From Candidatus Methylomirabilota bacterium (lineage in GTDB: Bacteria; Methylomirabilota; Methylomirabilia; Rokubacteriales; CSP1-6): 17,001 nt of DNA. Under the pieces are notes generated by a model. It made no database searches and was not told the origin of the DNA. It saw nothing but the letters and a program-made list of their open reading frames with translations. Positions 1 to 8,600 of the stretch are shown here, one piece after another. The first letter of the stretch is position 1. The number at the start of each line of letters is the position of its first letter. Location of the stretch: assembly GCA_046726415.1 (NCBI GenBank), contig JBKPAK010000187.1, forward strand, positions 1 through 17,001. The letters run 5' to 3'. The position numbers and the translations under genes were made by a program.

Positions 1-1397
1 CCGTGATCCGCGTTGCGGCAGGCCCACAGCCGTCCTCCGTGAGCCTGAGCGATGGAACGGCCGATCGACAACCCCATCCCCAGGCCATCCCGCTTGGTCG
101 TGAAGAAGGGATCGAAGAGCTTCTCGAGGTCATGTGCCGCAGCCCCGACACCCGCGTCCTGCACGCTGACGAGGACGCCGGGGTCGTCCTCTCCTAGCCC
201 ACGCCCGCACGAGATGACCAGCCGGCGCGGTCGCGCCGTCACCTCCGCCATCGCGTCGATCCCGTTCATGATCAGGTTCAGGACGAGCTGCTGCAGCCGG
301 ACCCGGTCTCCCCGCACCGGGAGAAGACCCTCAGCCAGGGCCTGCTCGACCACGATCGCGTGCCTTTGCACCTCGGGCTGGACGAGGCGGAGCACCTCGC
401 GGATCATCTGATCGACGTTCACGAGGGACTTCTCGCCTTCCGACTTCTTCACGAGCGCACGCGCATGCGCGATCACGTCGCCCGCCCGCTGGGCGTCCCG
501 GATCACGAGCTGGATCGACTGCGTGGCCTCGTCGAGGGCGGGCGGAGTGTGATCGAGCCAGTACAGGCTCGCGGTGGCGTTGGCCATGATGGCGGCGAGC
601 GGCTGGTTCACCTCATGGGCCAGCGACGCGGTCAGCTCGCTGATGGTGGTGAGCCGCGTGACGTGCGCCAACACCTTCTGCGCCTCCTGCAGGGCCTCCG
701 AGGCCCGCTTCTGGTCCCCGATCGCCGCCTCCAGCTCTGTCGTCCGCTCGAGCACCCGCTGCTCGAGATCGCGGTTAAGCCGGACGATCTCGGCCTTCGC
801 CTGCGTGAGCTGAGGTGTCTCGACCACTTCCCAGCGGCCCCGACGCTTGGCGACAGCGAACTGGTGGGTGGCCGCCACGTCGAGGAACTCGATCGCGCCG
901 CTCGTCGTGAGCGGATACGTGCAGAGGACCATCATAGGCTGATCGCCGATGCCCCGGTTCAGCTCCGCCTCGTATCCCATGAAGTCTCGCCAGTCCTTTT
1001 GTTCGAGCCAGGCGGTGTTCCCGCTCACCCGGAGGCCCTGAAAGCCTCTGGACAGCGCCCGCTCGAGCTTCGCATTCCAGTTGCCAATGATCCGATGGAG
1101 ATCGATCTCTCCTCCCGCCAGATACACATCCCGGGCCCGCAAGACCTCGATGCTCTGCTCGGACACGTATCGGTCGAGGCCGGGAACCGCCCGGTCCAGT
1201 GCCTGCCAGACCTCCTCCTCGGTGAGAGGCTCGGAGACGACCCACCCACAGAACTCGCCGGCTTCCAGGCCGGCCTTGAAGAAGGGAAGCAGGGTCTCCA
1301 GCAAGTCGTCCCTGGTCTCGTAGAAGTGGCAGAAGTGGGTACCCCACGGCATCTCGCCCACCGGCTCGATTCCGGTATTCCGTAGCGCGGTCGTCAT
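1..1397 (-). CDS. MEDS-domain sensor histidine kinase (MEDS-coiled coil-HisKA-HATPase), 3' end outside window
   Basis: Translated by hand from ATG at 1397 (GGGGAG RBS upstream). N-terminus MTTALRNTGIEPVGEMPWGTHFCHFYETRDDLL...GLRVSGN...MVLCTY is MEDS-like. H-box LAHEVNQPL, N-box QQLVLNLIMNGIDAM, DAGVG, FDPFFTTK, GLGMGLSI. Frame stays open to position 1. Confidence 0.9.
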   Translation of the reverse strand, partial: MTTALRNTGIEPVGEMPWGTHFCHFYETRDDLLETLLPFFKAGLEAGEFCGWVVSEPLTEEEVWQALDRAVPGLDRYVSEQSIEVLRARDVYLAGGEIDLHRIIGNWNAKLERALSRGFQGLRVSGNTAWLEQKDWRDFMGYEAELNRGIGDQPMMVLCTYPLTTSGAIEFLDVAATHQFAVAKRRGRWEVVETPQLTQAKAEIVRLNRDLEQRVLERTTELEAAIGDQKRASEALQEAQKVLAHVTRLTTISELTASLAHEVNQPLAAIMANATASLYWLDHTPPALDEATQSIQLVIRDAQRAGDVIAHARALVKKSEGEKSLVNVDQMIREVLRLVQPEVQRHAIVVEQALAEGLLPVRGDRVRLQQLVLNLIMNGIDAMAEVTARPRRLVISCGRGLGEDDPGVLVSVQDAGVGAAAHDLEKLFDPFFTTKRDGLGMGLSIGRSIAQAHGGRLWACRNADH

Positions 1398-1475
1398 GAC
1401 TGATCTCCCCAGGGCTGGCCCAGCCCGTCGCGCTCGTCGGCCGTGACGAACTCGAGCCAGTCCAGCGCCGGGACC

Positions 1476-1835
1476 CTACATCGTCTTCTTCGCCTTCTGC
1501 TCGACCTTCTTCATCTCGGACTCGACCTTGCGCCACTCGGCCTTGACCTTCTGCCAGAAGGAGGCCTTGGGGGCCTTGCGGCACTCGTCGACGATGATCG
1601 GGGTCAGTTTGTCGGTGCCTTCGATGTCTATGATGCTCGCCTCTGGCTTGCCGCCCTTGGCGTAAGCGGTGGCCCAGTAGACGACCTTGGCCTTGCTCTG
1701 GTCCTCGACCACGAGAAACTCCTCGCAAGTCCACTGACCGAGCGGCTTCTTGACTGGGGTTTGTGCGGCAGCCGCGCCAGCCGTGGCGGCCACGGAGGCA
1801 GCCAGCCCAAGGCTGAGGAGGTGCGTGAACTTCAT
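1476..1835 (-). CDS. hdeA: HdeA-family periplasmic acid-stress chaperone
   Basis: Signal peptide, then KKPLGQWTCEEFLVV...KPEASIIDIEGTDKLTPIIVDEC...ASFWQKVKAEW. This matches the HdeA pattern KKPVNSWTCEDFL...KVKGEW, with both disulfide Cys present. AAGGAG RBS before ATG 1835. Confidence 0.88.
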   Translation of the reverse strand: MKFTHLLSLGLAASVAATAGAAAAQTPVKKPLGQWTCEEFLVVEDQSKAKVVYWATAYAKGGKPEASIIDIEGTDKLTPIIVDECRKAPKASFWQKVKAEWRKVESEMKKVEQKAKKTM

Positions 1836-1879
1836 GACTTGCTCCTTTCGGCCAGGTGACCACCGGGCGATTGCCATGA

Positions 1880-1896
1880 ATCAGCCGAGGTGCCGA
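1880..1896 (-). promoter_or_regulatory. Possible sigma-54 (-24/-12) promoter of hdeA, non-canonical -12
   Basis: Minus strand TCGGCACCTCGGCTGAT: GGCAC with correct 10-nt spacing, but GA instead of GC at -12. About 45 nt upstream of the hdeA start. Confidence 0.3.
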
Positions 1897-1964
1897 TCCG
1901 AGATGCTGACCGAGGATACTCCCGCCCTCGATCTCATCTCAACGCGGTTGGTCCGGGCCCGCCG

Positions 1965-2885
1965 TCAACAGTCGCGGCAGTCCAAGCCCGCACTCCACGC
2001 CACTTCGGAAGGATCATCCGCACGCGGTGCTCGTCGAGCGATGGCAGGAGCTCGGGCGGCGTTCTCGAGCTCGGGAACGTGCCAGGTGCCGGCCAGCCCA
2101 GCCCAGGCGCCCCTCCGGCGATGGTACGAGCCCATCAGGGTACCGTCGATGTAGTCGGCCAAGCGCTTCCTCAGAAAGATCCGTGCTCGGTGCACCCGCG
2201 ACTTCACCGCGCTTGCGCTCACCTGCAGCGCTTCGGCGATCTCGAGGTGCGAGAGTCCGTCCGCCTCGTACAAGAGAAAGGGCGCATGGTACGCCGCCGG
2301 CAGATCGGCGATGGCCGCGCTGAGCACGGACTGGAGCTCCCCTTGAATCGCCGGATCCTGTGCTCTCGTCGACCAGTCGAGCACCGGCTCCGCGAACCGG
2401 CCGTTCTCGTCGAACGATGGGGCGAGATGATCCCACGACATCGCGTTTCCCTTGGTCCGCCGGCCCCGTAGCTTCTGGTAGGCCGCGTTGGCGGTGATCC
2501 GGTAGAGCCAGGAGCTAAAGGCCGCCGCCCCTCTGAATGTGTCGATCTTCCGCATCACTGCCCACAGCGCGTCCTGCACCACTTCCTCGGCATCCGAGCT
2601 GTCACCCGTGATGCGGATGGCGAGGCGGTAGACGCGCTCGCCGTAGGCGGCCACCAACGCTTCCGCTGCCCCCGCCTCCTGTCGTCGCAGCCGCTCTACC
2701 AACAGCGCGTCCGGATCGACTGCCCGCGTCCCCACACCTTCAGGGCATTCCATCTCGCGCTCCCTTTCCGCTACGCATGCCGATCTCCCCCGGGCGACTG
2801 GCGCCAGGCCAGGCGTCGCGGCGGCAGCGGTCCTCCCGAGATGGCGCGCGCTGGCGCTCGTGGCCGGGATCGTCATCGTTGTCAT
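1965..2885 (-). CDS. ECF sigma-70 factor with N- and C-terminal extensions
   Basis: Region 2 DAEEVVQDALW...FRGAAAFSSWLYRITANAA and region 4 GLSHLEIAEALQVSASAVKSRVHRAR. AGGAGGAG RBS upstream of ATG 2885. Alternative GTG at 2921 overlaps the receiver stop codon. Confidence 0.9.
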   Translation of the reverse strand: MTTMTIPATSASARHLGRTAAAATPGLAPVARGRSACVAEREREMECPEGVGTRAVDPDALLVERLRRQEAGAAEALVAAYGERVYRLAIRITGDSSDAEEVVQDALWAVMRKIDTFRGAAAFSSWLYRITANAAYQKLRGRRTKGNAMSWDHLAPSFDENGRFAEPVLDWSTRAQDPAIQGELQSVLSAAIADLPAAYHAPFLLYEADGLSHLEIAEALQVSASAVKSRVHRARIFLRKRLADYIDGTLMGSYHRRRGAWAGLAGTWHVPELENAARAPAIARRAPRADDPSEVAWSAGLDCRDC

Positions 2886-2917
2886 GCCGTCTCTCCTCCT
2901 GCTCAGTCGCATGAATG

Positions 2918-3343
2918 TCACAGACCCGCTTCGCCGCGCCGGAGAGCCTGGCTGACGGTGTCGAGCAGGACGTCGCCGCGCACCGGCTTGCTCAGAAACG
3001 CCAGCGCGCCGGCCTGAAGCGCGCGCTGGCGCGCCTGCTCGTCACCGTGCGCCGTCAAAATGACCACCGGAATCCGCGAACCCGAGTCCGCCAGATGTCT
3101 CAGAAGCCCCAGGCCACTCATCCCATCCAGCCGCAGATCGAGCACCAAGCAGCCGATGGGCTCCCCGGCGGCCGACGTCAGGAATTCTTCCGCCGACGCG
3201 AACGCCGCCACGCGAAAGCCCACCGACGCCAGGAGATTCCTGAGGGATCGGCGCAGGGATTGGTCGTCGTCCACGATTGCCACGACGCCCGTGTCGTGCT
3301 CGTCCATGCGCTCTCGCCGATCCGTCACGGGATTGGCCTCCAT
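2918..3343 (-). CDS. Stand-alone response regulator receiver (FixJ/CheY-like REC only)
   Basis: VAIVDDD, phospho-Asp CLVLDLRL, ILTAHG, FLSKP. No output domain. Start may be 3307. Confidence 0.9.
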   Translation of the reverse strand: MEANPVTDRRERMDEHDTGVVAIVDDDQSLRRSLRNLLASVGFRVAAFASAEEFLTSAAGEPIGCLVLDLRLDGMSGLGLLRHLADSGSRIPVVILTAHGDEQARQRALQAGALAFLSKPVRGDVLLDTVSQALRRGEAGL

Positions 3344-3502
3344 GACGGCTAGGGTATGGAGGGCGGCGGGACGCGTCTACCCTACTTTGGTGGGGTTTGG
3401 CCGCTCCCTGAGGAGGTGACACCGGGCCGCGCGGGCTGGACCAGATCGGCCAAGGTCACAGACCGACCGGTCATCGTCGACGACGAAGACGACGGAGCCC
3501 GC

Positions 3503-5320
3503 TCATTGCCCACCCGGCAGGGCGACGTGGAAGGTGACGCCGTGGTCGGCGTTCGGCGTCGCCCAGAGCTGCCCTCCATGCCGGTCGACGATCGAACGGC
3601 TGATCGACAAACCCATCCCGAGACCTCCTGGCTTGGTCGTGTGGAACGGCTCGAAGAGGCGGTCGGCGTCGGCCTCGCGGAAGCCGACACCAGTGTCCTC
3701 GACGGCGAGGAGTACCCAGGCGTCCTGATCACGCTGCTCCACGGTCGAGCGGATGACGATGCGGCGCCGCTCCGGCGGAACCGCACGTACGGCCTCGACC
3801 GCGTTCAACAGCAAGTTCAGGAGGACCTGCTGGAGCTGAATCCGATCTGCCATGATCAGGGGCAGACCCGGCGTCAGGGCGGGGTGGAGGACGATGCGGT
3901 GGCGCGCGAGCTCGGGACTGACGAGGGGAAGCACCTCCCCGACGACGCCATTGAGGTCGCAGGGCTGCTGGGCTACCGCAGAGCGCGACAGCAGCGCGCG
4001 GATCCTCGCGAGCACCTCCGCCGCGCGCTCGCTGTCCTTTACCACGGCGCCGAGGGCCTCGCGAACGTTGTCGAGCGGCGGGGGATCTGCGGCCAGCCAG
4101 TGCAGGCAGGCGTTGGCGTCAGCGACGATGGCGGCCAGCGGCTGATTGATCTCATGAGCGATGGAGGCGGCGAGCTCGCCCAAGGTCGTCACCCGCGCGA
4201 CGTGCGCGAGTTCCGCCTGGGCCTGGCGCAGCGATTCCTCGGCCTGCTTGCGCCCAGTGACGTCGTTGTTCGTCTCGAGAATCCCCGCCGGCTGGCCCTG
4301 GTCGTCCCGCTGCAGGGACCAGCGGCTGGCCACGACGACTCTCGTCCCGTCGCGACGCGTGTGAACGAGTTCGCCCTCCCAGCGCCCCTCGCGAGTCAGG
4401 GTCGCCATGATCTCGTCCAGCGGCGCGGGGAAAATCGTCTGCATCAGATCGTGCGTCACGGTGCCGAGGGCCTCTTCCTTCGTCCAGCCGTACAGGTTCT
4501 CGGCGCCCCGGTTCCAGTACGTAATCACGTCGTTCCGGTCGCGGATGAACACGGTATCGTGGGTCAGGTCGAGGATCTCCGCCTGCGCTCGCCACGCCTC
4601 TTCCGTCCGCTTCTGGTCCTCGATATTGGTGCTCGTTCCATACCAACGAACGATGCCCCCCGACGCGTCGCGCAGCGGCACCGCGCGGGTGAGTAACCAG
4701 CGGTATTCCCCATCCGCTCGCCGCACGCGCGCTTCCATCCTGAACGGCGTGCCCGCCGCCACAGCCGCTCTCCACTCGTCCACGAATCGCGCGCGGTCGT
4801 CGAGATGGACGGAGGCCGTCCAACCCCAGCCCAATCCTTCCGCCGAGGCAAGGCCCGTATACTCCAGCCAACCTCGACTGAGGAAATCGCGGGAGCCGTC
4901 AGGGAGGGCGCTCCACACCAAGGCGGGGATAGTGTCGACGATGAGTCGAACGCGGTCTTGTGAGGCCTGGAGGTCCTCCAGCGACTTGCGCAGCCTGGAC
5001 ACCAGGTAGGTGATGACGAAGGCGGTCGTCGAGAACGCGATGAGCGCGGCCACGTCCAGCGGCGCGCTGAGCGCCATGCTGAAGGGCGAATTAATGAAGA
5101 AGTAATTCAGGCCTACGATGGCGATGACGGCAACCAGGACCGAGGCGGGGAGGCTCCCCCGAAGAGAGACGACCACGACGACGATGAGGTAGAGGAGGGC
5201 GACCGTCGCGAGGTTCAGCTGGAATCGGAGGCCGATGACGGTCAGCAGCGCGAGGCCCACGCTGCCGAACACCCAGGGTGGGACGAAATCCCAGAGGCTG
5301 TGGATCCGGTTCGCCTTCAT
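3503..5320 (-). CDS. Membrane sensor histidine kinase: DUF4118-like 4-TM, two PAS domains, HisKA, HATPase
   Basis: Hydrophobic N-terminus with NYFF motif. PAS1 IVDTIPALVWSALPDG...RRADGEYRW, PAS2 ITYWNRGAENLYGW. H-box IAHEINQPL, QQVLLNLLLNA, DTGVG, FEPFHTTK, GLGMGLSI. Start uncertain (5320 ATG or 5374 GTG). Confidence 0.92.
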   Translation of the reverse strand: MKANRIHSLWDFVPPWVFGSVGLALLTVIGLRFQLNLATVALLYLIVVVVVSLRGSLPASVLVAVIAIVGLNYFFINSPFSMALSAPLDVAALIAFSTTAFVITYLVSRLRKSLEDLQASQDRVRLIVDTIPALVWSALPDGSRDFLSRGWLEYTGLASAEGLGWGWTASVHLDDRARFVDEWRAAVAAGTPFRMEARVRRADGEYRWLLTRAVPLRDASGGIVRWYGTSTNIEDQKRTEEAWRAQAEILDLTHDTVFIRDRNDVITYWNRGAENLYGWTKEEALGTVTHDLMQTIFPAPLDEIMATLTREGRWEGELVHTRRDGTRVVVASRWSLQRDDQGQPAGILETNNDVTGRKQAEESLRQAQAELAHVARVTTLGELAASIAHEINQPLAAIVADANACLHWLAADPPPLDNVREALGAVVKDSERAAEVLARIRALLSRSAVAQQPCDLNGVVGEVLPLVSPELARHRIVLHPALTPGLPLIMADRIQLQQVLLNLLLNAVEAVRAVPPERRRIVIRSTVEQRDQDAWVLLAVEDTGVGFREADADRLFEPFHTTKPGGLGMGLSISRSIVDRHGGQLWATPNADHGVTFHVALPGGQ

Positions 5321-5457
5321 GGAGACAAGTCTAAGGAGTCCTCCTGGAGCGGGGAGATCGGGGCGACTCGTCACGTCCGGCGGGCACTACGGCGGACACC
5401 TCCCGACCAGGGAGTCGGAGGGCAACCGTGAGGGGTTGTCAACCAGACCGATCATGG

Positions 5458-6570
5458 TCAGCTCAGGAGGTGTCTCTTGAGCGCGGCATTCACCTCGCCC
5501 GCTTTCTCCATCTGCACCATGTGACCAGCACTCTCGATGATCCTGATCGTGGCCGACGGCGGCGCATGGCCGGCATGCTTGGCCGGGATGATGCGGTCCT
5601 CGGCGCCCCACACGACCAGCACGCGCTTGCCTGTCTCCCCGAGCCGCCGGCCCGGCTGTTCGCGCTGTCTGCCCTGAGCGAAGAGGCTTCCGCCGAGCTC
5701 GCTCAACAGTTCACGGACCCCATCGAGACGCTTGTACTTCAGAATGTCGTCCAGAAGCTGGCGGGTAACGAGCTCGGGGCGGGCAAAGAGTTGCTCGACG
5801 AGCGGCTTCAGATCGCGCCGGGACTGCGCGGCGACGAAACCCTCCGTGTAGGCGGTGTCGATCTCATCCCCCAAGCCGGCGCTGGCAATGAGCGCCAGAG
5901 AATCCACCCTGTCCGGATGGTCGAGGGCCATCTGCGCGGCGATGGCCCCGCCCAGGGAGTGGCCGACCAGATGCGTGCTCTGGATCTCCACGGCATCCAG
6001 GAAGCGCATCACGAAGCGCCCCAGATCGCCGAGCGTCCGCCCCGGCAGGGTGCGGTCGGACTGGCCGTGCCCGGGCAGGTCCAGGGCCACCACCGTGCTC
6101 TGCTCGCCCAGCGCATCGAGATTGAAGAGCCAGTTGTCGAGATCACCGCCGAAGCCGTGGATGAGCAGCACCGTGGATGCGGCGTCGCCCCTTCGGGCGT
6201 AGCGAACGCGGACGCCGCCGACGTCGACGAACTGGTAGGCGGACCGGGCGTCGCCCTCTTCCCTCTCCGCCTCGGCCGGGACCACGTAACCGGCCACAAA
6301 CGCGTCGATGTCCGCTTCGGACACCTCGGGAGGAGCCATGACGCCGAGCAGCGCCTTAACGGGGAGAGTCTGGCCCGCCGAGGCGATCTTGCGGCGCAAC
6401 AAACCCGCGTCACTCGCCTCCACCACCCCGGTGATCTTGTCCGTCTCCACCTCCATGATGACCTGCCCAACGCGGATCTCCGCTCCCTCGTCGACCAGCC
6501 ACCTGTTCAGGGTCCCCTCCTTCATGGAGAGGCCCCATTTGGGCATGACGATCGGCGTGATGGCCGGCAT
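5458..6570 (-). CDS. acoC: Acetoin dehydrogenase E2 component (lipoyl domain plus alpha/beta-hydrolase-type domain)
   Basis: MPKWGLSMKEG...EVETDKIT lipoyl motif, HGFGGD, GHSLGG nucleophile elbow, AGHMVQME. ATG at 6570 overlaps the acoB TGA. Confidence 0.9.
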   Translation of the reverse strand: MPAITPIVMPKWGLSMKEGTLNRWLVDEGAEIRVGQVIMEVETDKITGVVEASDAGLLRRKIASAGQTLPVKALLGVMAPPEVSEADIDAFVAGYVVPAEAEREEGDARSAYQFVDVGGVRVRYARRGDAASTVLLIHGFGGDLDNWLFNLDALGEQSTVVALDLPGHGQSDRTLPGRTLGDLGRFVMRFLDAVEIQSTHLVGHSLGGAIAAQMALDHPDRVDSLALIASAGLGDEIDTAYTEGFVAAQSRRDLKPLVEQLFARPELVTRQLLDDILKYKRLDGVRELLSELGGSLFAQGRQREQPGRRLGETGKRVLVVWGAEDRIIPAKHAGHAPPSATIRIIESAGHMVQMEKAGEVNAALKRHLLS

Positions 6571-7586
6571 CAGCGCCGGGCTCCGCTCATCGCGCGGTGA
6601 ACGGCCTCGGCGATCTGCTTGGCGCCGGGGATGTACAGATCCTCGAGCACGGGCGAGAAGGGCACCGGCGTGTGCGGCGCGGTCACCATCTCGATCTGCG
6701 CCCGCAGCGCGGGAAACGCGCGCTGGGCAACCTGGGCCGAGATGTCCGCGGCGATGCTGCAGCGCGGATTGGCCTCGTCCACGCACACCAGGCGCCCCGT
6801 CTTCTCGACGCTCTCGATCACCGTGTCGAGATCGAGCGGCGATAGCGAGCGCAGATCAACCACTTCGCAGTCCACCCCTTCCTTGGCCAGCGCGGCGGCG
6901 GCGTCACTCGCCCGATGCACCATCATGCCGTAGGTGACGATCGAGCAGCTCCGGCCCTCGCGGACCACGGTGGCTTCGCCGAGGGGAATCGCGTAGGGTG
7001 CCTCGGGGACGTCCCCGTCCACACCATAAAGAGCCTTGTGCTCGCAGAAGATGACCGGATCGTCATCGCGGATGGACTGGATCAGCAGGCCCTTGGCGTC
7101 GTAGGGCGTCGACGGGCATACCACCTTCAGTCCCGGGATGTGCGTGAAGATCGGCGTGAGCATCTGGCTGTGCTGAGCCGCCGCCCGGAATCCAGCACCC
7201 ACCATCGTCCGGATGACCACCGGCGTCTCGGCCTTGCCGCCGAACATGTACTTGAACTTCGCGGCCTGGTTGAAGATCTGATCGAAGCACACGCCCATGA
7301 AATCGATGAACATCAGCTCGGCCACCGGGCGCATGCCGCAGCAGGCGGCGCCGATGGCCGCCCCCACATAGGCCGATTCCGAGAGGGGCGCGTCGAGCAG
7401 CCGATCGGGGTACTTGGCGTAGAGTCCCTTGGTGACGCCGAGTACGCCGCCCCAGGCATCGCGCTCGCCGGGACTGCCGGCCCCGCCCACGATGTCTTCC
7501 CCCATCACGATCACGCGCGGATCGCGGGCCATTTCCTGATCGAGCGCCTCGTGGATCGCGTCCTTGATGCTGATCTTGCGCGCCAT
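6570..7586 (-). CDS. acoB: Acetoin dehydrogenase E1 beta subunit
   Basis: MGEDI, DAPLSESAYVGAAIGAA, RPVAELMFIDF, AAQHSQ, DDDPVIFCEHK. Lies between acoA and acoC. Confidence 0.92.
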   Translation of the reverse strand: MARKISIKDAIHEALDQEMARDPRVIVMGEDIVGGAGSPGERDAWGGVLGVTKGLYAKYPDRLLDAPLSESAYVGAAIGAACCGMRPVAELMFIDFMGVCFDQIFNQAAKFKYMFGGKAETPVVIRTMVGAGFRAAAQHSQMLTPIFTHIPGLKVVCPSTPYDAKGLLIQSIRDDDPVIFCEHKALYGVDGDVPEAPYAIPLGEATVVREGRSCSIVTYGMMVHRASDAAAALAKEGVDCEVVDLRSLSPLDLDTVIESVEKTGRLVCVDEANPRCSIAADISAQVAQRAFPALRAQIEMVTAPHTPVPFSPVLEDLYIPGAKQIAEAVHRAMSGARR

Positions 7587-7598
7587 GGCGTAGCCCTC

Positions 7599-8582
7599 TC
7601 AATACCGGACGTAGACGTCGGTCAGCAGATCCGGCGCGGTCGGCGCGGGCGCCGCTTTGGCCTCGGCGACCGCGCGCTCGATCAGCTCCCTCGCCTCTTT
7701 GTCGATGGCTTCGAGCTCTGACGGCTTGACGACACCGGCGCCGACGACCTTGGCACTGAACGTCTTGATGCAGTCCTGGTTGGCGCGAATGTCCTCGACC
7801 TCACGCTTGCCCCGGTAGGTCTGCTGATCGCCCTCGAAGTGGCCGAAGAAGCGGATCATCTTGCACTCGAGCAGCGCAGGGCCTCCGCCCTCACGGGCCC
7901 GCCGGATGATCTCGCCGGCCGCCTCGTACACGGCGAAGAAGTCCGTCCCGTCCACGGTGACCCCGGGCAGCCCGAAACCGGCGGCGCGGTCCACGTAGCT
8001 ATCCACCGCGACCGCATAGTCGCGCGAGGTCGACTCCGCGTAGCCGTTGTTCTCGACCACGAAGATCGCGGGCAGGTTCCACACCGCAGCCAGGTTCAAG
8101 CTCTCCAGGAACATTCCCTGGTTGGAGGCGCCATCGCCCACGAAGCTGATGGCCACTTCGCCCTTTCCGCGGTACTTGGCGGCCAGCGCCGCCCCGCACG
8201 CGAGCGGGGCACCGGCTCCCAGGATGCCGTTGGCCCCCATCATTCCCCTGTCCAGATCGGCGATGTGCATGGAGCCGCCTTTGCCCTGGCAGGCCCCGCC
8301 CTTCTTGCCGTAGATCTCCTTCATCATCTCCGCCACGTCCACGCCCTTGGCGATGCAATGGCCGTGGCCACGGTGCGTGCTGGCGATCCGGTCACCGTCG
8401 TTGAGGTGCACCATGATCCCAGTGGCGGCCGCCTCTTCCCCGGCGTAGAGGTGCACGAAGCCAGGGATGTCGCCGCGCGCGAAGTCGACGTGTAGGCGCT
8501 CCTCGAACTCGCGGATGGTGCGCATCGTGCGATAGGCCCGGAGCAGGTCTTCCTTCTTGAGTGGCAACGGGTCTGCCGACAT
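7599..8582 (-). CDS. acoA: Acetoin dehydrogenase E1 alpha subunit (TPP-dependent)
   Basis: IPGFVHLYAGEEA, STHRGHGH, GKGGSMH, TPP motif GDGASNQG...ENNGY, RFFGHFEGD. AGGAGG RBS. Confidence 0.93.
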   Translation of the reverse strand: MSADPLPLKKEDLLRAYRTMRTIREFEERLHVDFARGDIPGFVHLYAGEEAAATGIMVHLNDGDRIASTHRGHGHCIAKGVDVAEMMKEIYGKKGGACQGKGGSMHIADLDRGMMGANGILGAGAPLACGAALAAKYRGKGEVAISFVGDGASNQGMFLESLNLAAVWNLPAIFVVENNGYAESTSRDYAVAVDSYVDRAAGFGLPGVTVDGTDFFAVYEAAGEIIRRAREGGGPALLECKMIRFFGHFEGDQQTYRGKREVEDIRANQDCIKTFSAKVVGAGVVKPSELEAIDKEARELIERAVAEAKAAPAPTAPDLLTDVYVRY

Positions 8583-8600
8583 ATTCAGTCCTCCTGTGGT

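Noticed and set aside
360..1385. 341-aa + strand ORF (and 775..1863 - ORF)
   Set aside because: Antisense or off-frame shadows of the MEDS kinase and hdeA, with no recognisable motifs.
3356..4696. 446-aa + strand ORF
   Set aside because: Antisense shadow of the PAS kinase, typical of high-GC coding DNA.
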